DNA of 64,000 nt from an uncultured virus (IMG/VR IMGVR_UViG_3300031802_000001) (taxonomy: Duplodnaviria > Heunggongvirae > Uroviricota > Caudoviricetes): the IMG/VR virus record IMGVR_UViG_3300031802_000001; one strand, written 5' to 3'. The translations under genes and the position numbers were made by a program. The notes beneath the pieces are model-generated. The model was not told the origin of the DNA and searched no databases. It saw only the letters and a list, made by a program, of their open reading frames with translations. Below, piece by piece: positions 58,007 to 64,000 of this stretch. Numbering within the stretch: position 1 is the stretch's first letter; each line of letters opens with the position of its first letter.

Positions 58007-58539
58007 TGTCTACCTTTTTTTTTTAACTTCTTTTTCTTTTTTGGTATTTCTACTGGTGGGGTATTCTTCCTTAAAAATTCTGTAAATTGATTCTTAAACT
58101 CTCTATCTTCACCTGGTTGCAATGTCATATCATCATAATTTGCTTCTTGAATCATACGGTGTTTAATTGTAACTTGTTTTTTCTCTTTCTGTATTCTCCG
58201 TACAAAAGCATAATAGATAATTTGTGTAAAATATGCAAATGGATTAGTTGATTTTCTTGGGTTAAAATTGTCCAAATATTGTAAACAATTCTCTATACCA
58301 TCTGATATCATATCATCACGATAAGTATAGTTAATAAAATTTGGTCTATATGAGAGGTGATTCGCTATCTTTAAAAAACACTCGCCTATATAATCTGGTA
58401 CAGGCGGTTTAGTTACTTTTACTATCTTCGCTTTATTTACAGACCTTTTATACAATTTCATTGCCTGTAAAAATTCCTTATTATTTACATAATGTTCTGG
58501 TTTTTTCTTATATTTAATTTTTGTAGTCTGTGTATTCAT
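58003..58539 (-). CDS. gp55: Late sigma factor
   Basis: HYVNNKEF, DMISDGIENC and NPFAYFTQI. Confidence 0.95.
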   Translation of the reverse strand: MNTQTTKIKYKKKPEHYVNNKEFLQAMKLYKRSVNKAKIVKVTKPPVPDYIGECFLKIANHLSYRPNFINYTYRDDMISDGIENCLQYLDNFNPRKSTNPFAYFTQIIYYAFVRRIQKEKKQVTIKHRMIQEANYDDMTLQPGEDREFKNQFTEFLRKNTPPVEIPKKKKKLKKKGRQ

Positions 58540-58548
58540 AATAGGTAT

Positions 58549-58577
58549 ATAATACTACATTTTTTTTAGATTGTCAA
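58549..58577 (-). promoter_or_regulatory. Sigma70-like promoter for gp55
   Basis: TTGACA-N17-TATTAT. Confidence 0.7.
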
Positions 58578-58591
58578 TGCTCTAACCAACA

Positions 58592-58619
58592 TTGACTTTT
58601 CACATTTTTTGTGTATAAT
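58592..58619 (+). promoter_or_regulatory. Divergent sigma70-like promoter with no downstream sense gene
   Basis: TTGACT-N16-TATAAT. Confidence 0.6.
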
Positions 58620-58653
58620 GGACTATGTAGTCCTATGAGAAAGCTCCAGAGTG

Positions 58654-59088
58654 CTAGTGGAGAGTTCTCTTTGGTCCTCTAGATTCTTTAAATATTTCAT
58701 TTAATAGTTCGTTATCTTCATCATTCATCCGTTCTTGATGATAGATTTTTGTCTTGGACTTTTTAGGTGAATCTAACTGGTCATACTCTTTTGCAAGATT
58801 TAAATAGCTTTTTGATATATCGCCACCAGCAGTTGTTATAGTTAATATCTTATCTTTTGGGATAGTAATAATTTTGTCTGGTGTGTAATTTGTCCATTTT
58901 ATTAAAGCTATATAATCTCTCACTCCCATAGGTGTCATTTGTGGGATGTATTTAATTTGTAGAGGTTTATTTAATCTCATTAATGGTGATTTATCAGGCA
59001 ATTGTTTATCACCTAACGGCATATGAGTAACTATATCATCACCATTTGTAAGTTTAATAATTTTTATATTAGCTTGTATGTCTGCCAT
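58654..59088 (-). CDS. Conserved T4-like hypothetical protein downstream of uvsW
   Basis: IIKLTNGDDIV beta-rich fold; synteny. Confidence 0.65.
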   Translation of the reverse strand: MADIQANIKIIKLTNGDDIVTHMPLGDKQLPDKSPLMRLNKPLQIKYIPQMTPMGVRDYIALIKWTNYTPDKIITIPKDKILTITTAGGDISKSYLNLAKEYDQLDSPKKSKTKIYHQERMNDEDNELLNEIFKESRGPKRTLH

Positions 59089-60556
59089 TTCCTAACTCTA
59101 TGTTATGGATTTCATAATCAAAGTCTTCATCATTGTATATATTTATACGCTCCCTAAAGTGTTGTAAAGTGTAATTTTCCTTTTCCCCATAGGAAAGGTC
59201 GTCAGCAATATCATATAATGTTGCGTGTGATTTGTTATCTTTTAATCGTAATCCTCTTCCAATAGATTGTAAATTTCTTATACGAGATTTACTAGGGCTA
59301 CTAAAAACAATATTGTGTAAATTACGGATATTAATGCCAGTGCTGAACGTCCCATAAGAAGCGACAATAATCGCATTGTCAGACTTTTCGGTAATTGCTC
59401 TAACTTGTTCTCTTTCATTTGCTTCCACTCCTCCGTGGATATAGAAAATAGGTCGGTCACCTGCCTTTTCTTTTATTAATTGATATAATAGTTTACCGTG
59501 CTTTTCTACGTATTGAAACAAACATAAAGTGTTGCCGTGTAAATTAGTGGCCAAGTTCTTAATGTATTTATTCCTTTTTTCATTTGAAATTAAAAAATTT
59601 ATCTCTTCCTGATAAGATTTATTTTTTAAAAAATCTCTTTGTTGTTTGCTGTATTGTAAAACCAAACAAAAAATTTTGAGTTTGGCTAGTTGTTCTTTGT
59701 CTTGTAGTTCAGTAGTAGATATAACCTTGTTTACAGGACCAAAAAGTCCTTCTAAAACAAGCTTATGTGTCTTACTATCGTCTAAAGTTCCTGTACAACC
59801 AACCTTATATGGGCATTGCACCAACTTTGTACATATCTTGGTAAGTGAAACCGCCTTAAATAAATGTGCTTCGTCACCAACTATCATACCAAATTGTTTA
59901 AACCACGTCTTTGGAAGATTATATATTGATTGCCAAGTAGATATAATTACTTTCTTATCAGTATCTTTACTATGACCTTCATATATTCTATGGATATTCT
60001 TTTCATTATCCCAACCATAATCTTTAAAATCTTTATATAATTGTTCTACCAATGATGTGGTAGGTACTATAACTAATATCTTCTTATCTTTTAATCTTAA
60101 TAAGTTAAATCTTACTAATAGATAAACAATAAGTGATTTTCCACTAGCAGTTGGTGATAATAATAAACAACGTTTTTTCTTTATAGCGTGTATAAATGCT
60201 TCTTTTTGATAATCCCTAACCTCCATTGGTATCTTTAAGGCTTCAATAAATTCAGGAAGACATAAAGTATTTACTTTAGTATCTTCTATCTTGGTACCAT
60301 CAACAACTTCTATATTGTTTTCTTTACACCAATGTAAAATATAAGGATAAAGACCAACGTATATCTGTCCAGTTGCATATGAAAATAATCTTATCTTGCC
60401 GTCCCATACTCTCTTACGAAATTGAGGCATAAATCTAAAACCAGGTACTTGAAAAGTAAAATGTTCTCCAAGTTCTCGTCTGATAGATTCGTCTGCTTCT
60501 ATTTTTAAATAAACATCATCTTTTTTATCAATGATTAGGTATCTTAAAGGATTCAT
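59069..60556 (-). CDS. uvsW: SF2 helicase UvsW
   Basis: SPTASGKS, DEAH and QSIGRGLR. Confidence 0.95.
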   Translation of the reverse strand: MNPLRYLIIDKKDDVYLKIEADESIRRELGEHFTFQVPGFRFMPQFRKRVWDGKIRLFSYATGQIYVGLYPYILHWCKENNIEVVDGTKIEDTKVNTLCLPEFIEALKIPMEVRDYQKEAFIHAIKKKRCLLLSPTASGKSLIVYLLVRFNLLRLKDKKILVIVPTTSLVEQLYKDFKDYGWDNEKNIHRIYEGHSKDTDKKVIISTWQSIYNLPKTWFKQFGMIVGDEAHLFKAVSLTKICTKLVQCPYKVGCTGTLDDSKTHKLVLEGLFGPVNKVISTTELQDKEQLAKLKIFCLVLQYSKQQRDFLKNKSYQEEINFLISNEKRNKYIKNLATNLHGNTLCLFQYVEKHGKLLYQLIKEKAGDRPIFYIHGGVEANEREQVRAITEKSDNAIIVASYGTFSTGINIRNLHNIVFSSPSKSRIRNLQSIGRGLRLKDNKSHATLYDIADDLSYGEKENYTLQHFRERINIYNDEDFDYEIHNIELGNGRHTS

Positions 60557-60985
60557 TTAAATCGCTCCAGATGTAAATTTCTTCCAATCAATAGCGTTTT
60601 TTATTGTAAATGTTCTGTTTGATATTTGTCTAACCGTTCTATCTAAAAAGTCAACTACAGTATTAAGATAGTCCGATTTTTGTTTGAGTTTAATAATGTC
60701 TTCGTCTGAATCAATATACTTGTCAACATCTTGTCTTAATATTTTTAAGTTAAAAGGTTTTTCAGCATAAACACTAGGGTCTGCTTTACCTGTATAGTAT
60801 TCCCATTTCTGTTTTTTAATTATATGGAATTCACTTTCATTTCTGCTCAGCATTAACTTAAACTTTGTTAAAAGTTTCATATATTTGTTATGTATTTGAG
60901 GTGTTTTGATTGATTCTAAATCAAGTTCACTATCGTTAATTTTTAAGTCTTTGTCAACTAATTCTTGGATTTCTTCTAGATTCAT
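60557..60985 (-). CDS. uvsY: Recombination mediator UvsY
   Basis: WEYYTGKA and IKNAIDWKKF; synteny. Confidence 0.9.
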   Translation of the reverse strand: MNLEEIQELVDKDLKINDSELDLESIKTPQIHNKYMKLLTKFKLMLSRNESEFHIIKKQKWEYYTGKADPSVYAEKPFNLKILRQDVDKYIDSDEDIIKLKQKSDYLNTVVDFLDRTVRQISNRTFTIKNAIDWKKFTSGAI

Positions 60986-61026
60986 ATTAATAATATATCA
61001 TACTATAATGAAAAAGTAAAGTCTAA

Positions 61027-61653
61027 TTACGAGGTTGTTACAGTAGTTTGTCCACTTCCTGTTGCAAATTCATATATTTTGTATTGCATTGTTACAATTG
61101 CTGTTAAATATTGAACGTCTGTAGCTCCTGTGTCATATTGTAAACCAGTTAATGCTGTTGGGAATACGTCTGAAAATCTAACTTCAATATTTGGTGTATT
61201 TTTACTTGTTAAAATATTAAGTGTTGCGTCTGAATAAACACCACCTGTACTAGTTGCTTTATATTTAACTTTACCTGCGTCTGTTAATTGATTCGCTCCA
61301 GTAGATGTTGGAAATCTATCTGAACCACTACGTAATAGGTCTCTAAATTCTTTTCTATCACTAGGAAAACCTAAACCAACTAACCAACCGTGTATCTCTC
61401 TATAGTTTTCTAAATTTTCATCAACTAAAAAAGTCATTGAAAGAGGACTATAGTCAAGTTTATCTCCAGGAATAGGTATATCTTTTAATGGTGTTTCTTG
61501 TACCATTGCACCTCCTAAAGAAATTCCAGGCAAATTTACAGCAGTACAAAAGAATTCTACTTTTGGAAGTTTTGTAATATTAAACTTAAACTGCGTTGGA
61601 CTTGCATAATCAAATTTTGTAGGTTGTCTGTCTAGTGCTTTTGTAGTTGTCAT
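61027..61653 (-). CDS. gp3: Tail completion/sheath stabilizer protein (start reassigned to 61653)
   Basis: SPTQFKF, VEFFCTAVNLPGI and FLVDENLENYREIHGW; late promoter just upstream. Confidence 0.85.
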   Translation of the reverse strand: MTTTKALDRQPTKFDYASPTQFKFNITKLPKVEFFCTAVNLPGISLGGAMVQETPLKDIPIPGDKLDYSPLSMTFLVDENLENYREIHGWLVGLGFPSDRKEFRDLLRSGSDRFPTSTGANQLTDAGKVKYKATSTGGVYSDATLNILTSKNTPNIEVRFSDVFPTALTGLQYDTGATDVQYLTAIVTMQYKIYEFATGSGQTTVTTS

Positions 61654-61658
61654 AATAC

Positions 61659-61666
61659 TATTTATA
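61659..61666 (-). promoter_or_regulatory. Late promoter
   Basis: TATAAATA. Confidence 0.75.
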
Positions 61667-61679
61667 TGGGCTCCAGGCC

Positions 61680-61710
61680 AAAAAAAAGGGTGCCTAAAAA
61701 GACACCCTTT
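61680..61710 (-). terminator. Rho-independent terminator after gp23
   Basis: GGGTGTC-TTTTTA-GGCACCC followed by a T tract. Confidence 0.85.
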
Positions 61711-61745
61711 AAATCTGTTTGTTCTAAAAATGAACAACCAATATA

Positions 61746-63086
61746 TTACATCAAGTTCGCAACTTGAACCCTTTGGTAATATCTGTTAGAATTTGCACTT
61801 CCAGCGTCATTTACTGCCGTAGCAGCACCTGTTTGAGCACCAGTTTCAGCGAAAGGATTAGCAACTAATCCGTATCGTGTCTTGAAGCCAATTTTTGGTT
61901 GGAATGTGTCTTGACCAACAGCACGTACCATTTGTAAAGGTACATATGGGCAATAAAATAATCCTGCGTCATATGGTGAAGTACCTTTATATCCAACAAC
62001 ATAATACTGTTTAGCAGTACTATTTGCTGAGTATGGGTCAATGTAAACTTTGAATCTACCGTTAAGAACACCTGCAAATGTATTGCCTGTGTCATCAACA
62101 TTTAAATTGTTATTCAAAGCTGGAGTATAATCTAATACGCCTGCCATTTGAAGAGCCGAAGCTACGTCAGATGAACAAACAATTAAATTACCTTTTCCTC
62201 TACGAGTTCTTTGAGCGATTCTATTTGCGTCACGTTCCAATTGGAACATTAAGCCTTTAAATCTTTCAACAGACCATCTACCATTTGAGTCTGTATCTAA
62301 ATCAAAGATACCTGCAGTTGTTACGTTACCAGTTTGAGCACCAACTTCTGCATTTATGTAAATTGTTCTTACAACTTCTCGGTTAATTTCTGCTAAAATT
62401 TCAGCAGATAAGATGTTTGCAAGTTCTGTTTCAGCGTCTAAACCGTGGATTGCTTTTAAATCTTGAGCAAGTTCCATAGTATATTCCGCTTTCAGAGCAC
62501 GTGATTTAGCAGTTACAGTTGATTTCTCAATTGAAAATGCCATTTCAGCAAAAGCGTTTCCGCTTGCGTCTCCAAGTGCTTCAGCAGCAGCTGTTGTCAT
62601 TGCAGTACCTTTTGTGTAGGTACCTGGTGAACCATCATTTAGTACTGATGGATTTGCGCCAGCTTGTTCAGTCGTTGAATACCCGCCTGTTGCCGATCCA
62701 GCAGCATTTCTGCCTGAAAAATCGGAATCAGCTTCGTCAAAGAATGATTCTGCGCCAGCTTGTGAAGTATATCTACTTCTCATAGCGAAAATAAGTCCTG
62801 TTGGACCTGTCATTGGTTGCACACCTGCTATATCGTATGCGATTAGATTAGGCATAGCTCTTCGTACTAAACTAATTAGGATTGGATCCCAATTTGCTAC
62901 AGCACTACCTGTTGCGTTAGTCGGAGCTGCTTCTGCCAAGTACGAGTTATCTTCTTTAGAAGCTCTTTCTTGGTTTTCTAATATTACAGATGTTACGGCA
63001 CGTCTATAAGCGTCCTTAATTTTTGGTAAATCAGGATGCTCTAGTACTGGCTGCCATTTCTTTTCATTTGTTTCAGATAAGTACAT
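61746..63086 (-). CDS. gp23: Major capsid protein
   Basis: VQPMTGPTGLIFAMR, KAEYTMELAQDLKAIHGLDAE and FQPKIGFKTRYG. Confidence 0.98.
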   Translation of the reverse strand: MYLSETNEKKWQPVLEHPDLPKIKDAYRRAVTSVILENQERASKEDNSYLAEAAPTNATGSAVANWDPILISLVRRAMPNLIAYDIAGVQPMTGPTGLIFAMRSRYTSQAGAESFFDEADSDFSGRNAAGSATGGYSTTEQAGANPSVLNDGSPGTYTKGTAMTTAAAEALGDASGNAFAEMAFSIEKSTVTAKSRALKAEYTMELAQDLKAIHGLDAETELANILSAEILAEINREVVRTIYINAEVGAQTGNVTTAGIFDLDTDSNGRWSVERFKGLMFQLERDANRIAQRTRRGKGNLIVCSSDVASALQMAGVLDYTPALNNNLNVDDTGNTFAGVLNGRFKVYIDPYSANSTAKQYYVVGYKGTSPYDAGLFYCPYVPLQMVRAVGQDTFQPKIGFKTRYGLVANPFAETGAQTGAATAVNDAGSANSNRYYQRVQVANLM

Positions 63087-63108
63087 ATGTTTTTATCTCC
63101 CTTAATAT

Positions 63109-64000
63109 TTACTTAATAGACAATTTAATGTCTTTTGTTTTGCTTATAGCGGCGCTGTAAGCAGCCATAGCTTTTGATAAATCCTCGTTAGAAGATTCAC
63201 CTGCCGCCACATCATCTAGTGACTCTTTTGTTTCAGTTTTCTTTCCAAAATAAGAATCTTTAACAGTTTCTAATTTCTTCGTGTAGTCTGTAGCATTAGA
63301 GTATTCAATTTCTTCGGCAAGTTTAGCAAATTTTTCTTTTGATGTATCAGCAAGGTCTTCGGAAACTTTAGATTTAATTTCATCTTTAGTTTTTGATCCA
63401 ACTTCCTTGTTTAAATCAACATTTTTTTGAATTTGCTCATTGAGGTCTTTTTCCAATTTTTCAATTTTATCTGCTTGGTCTTCTAGCACATTATATTTTT
63501 CATCTGGAACATCAATGTAATGGTCTTCAAATAATTTTTTCAAACCATTAATAAAGTCTTCAGCAATTTCTCCCTTAATACCACGTTCAAGAGCGATTTC
63601 GTTTTCTTTCATCCACTCTTCAACAACATAAGAAAGGTAAGAATCAACTTTTTCAGTTAATTCAGCTTTTGCTTTAGCACTTTCTTGCTCAAACTTGTTA
63701 GTATAATCTGTTTCCATTTCTTCTTCAATTTCTTTTACTTTTGATTTAATTGCAGCTTCAAAAATGGTTGCAGCCTTCGTCTTAAATTCATCGGTTAAGT
63801 CTTTCTCTCCAGCGACAAGAGCGTCAACGTGTTCTTTTACGTCAATGTCTTTTTTCTTTTCATCTTTCTTTTCATCATCTTCTACTCTTACCTCAGCACC
63901 ATCAGATTTTTCTTTCTTCTTATCATCGCTATTTTCTTTTTTCTCTTTGCCTTTTTTAGCGTCAATAGCTTTCTGTAGAGCTGGTGGTAATTCGCCTTCC
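63109..64000 (-). CDS. gp22: Prohead core scaffold protein (5' end lies beyond the window)
   Basis: The frame stays open to the window edge (KAATIFEAA...VDSYLSYVVEEW); directly upstream of gp23. Confidence 0.9.
   Translation of the reverse strand, partial: EGELPPALQKAIDAKKGKEKKENSDDKKKEKSDGAEVRVEDDEKKDEKKKDIDVKEHVDALVAGEKDLTDEFKTKAATIFEAAIKSKVKEIEEEMETDYTNKFEQESAKAKAELTEKVDSYLSYVVEEWMKENEIALERGIKGEIAEDFINGLKKLFEDHYIDVPDEKYNVLEDQADKIEKLEKDLNEQIQKNVDLNKEVGSKTKDEIKSKVSEDLADTSKEKFAKLAEEIEYSNATDYTKKLETVKDSYFGKKTETKESLDDVAAGESSNEDLSKAMAAYSAAISKTKDIKLSIK

Noticed and set aside
61654..61737. N-terminal extension of gp3 in the ORF track
   Set aside because: It spans the gp23 terminator and the late promoter; the ATG at 61653 fits better
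59278..62101. Same-strand alternative-frame ORFs nested in uvsW (59278..59460) and gp23 (61865..62101)
   Set aside because: Short, with no recognisable motifs; probably chance open frames
2047..62785. Numerous short plus-strand ORFs in the track (e.g. 27201..27761, 59646..59975)
   Set aside because: They are antisense shadows of well-supported minus-strand genes and carry no recognisable motifs

Overview
This is an AT-rich, gene-dense segment of a T4-like (myovirus) bacteriophage genome. All credible genes lie on the minus strand except one. It carries the T4 core: gp22 (partial), gp23, gp3, uvsY, uvsW, gp55, gp47, gp46, gp45, gp44, gp62, regA, gp43, uvsX, gp41, gp61, nrdA and nrdB. Host-like accessory genes include ribosomal protein S21, peptide deformylase, Hsp20, a cold-shock protein, peroxiredoxin, 2Fe-2S ferredoxin, a NifU-domain protein, a RimK-like ligase, myo-inositol-1-phosphate synthase, a flavin-dependent halogenase, a 2OG-Fe(II) oxygenase and three methyltransferases. 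This content best fits a marine myovirus of an alphaproteobacterial, probably SAR11, host (inference). Highlights: (1) a csgF-csgG-curlin-FecR cassette set back-to-back with a CHASE2 adenylate cyclase, both behind late-promoter motifs; (2) an ORF-free ~240-nt element rich in hairpins and pseudoknots between rpsU and hsp20; (3) several proteins with T4 capsid-targeting-like N-termini, including a kinase/nucleotidyltransferase/cytidylyltransferase fusion and a RimK-protease fusion; (4) a 2H phosphoesterase. All calls come from motif recognition by eye; no searches were run.
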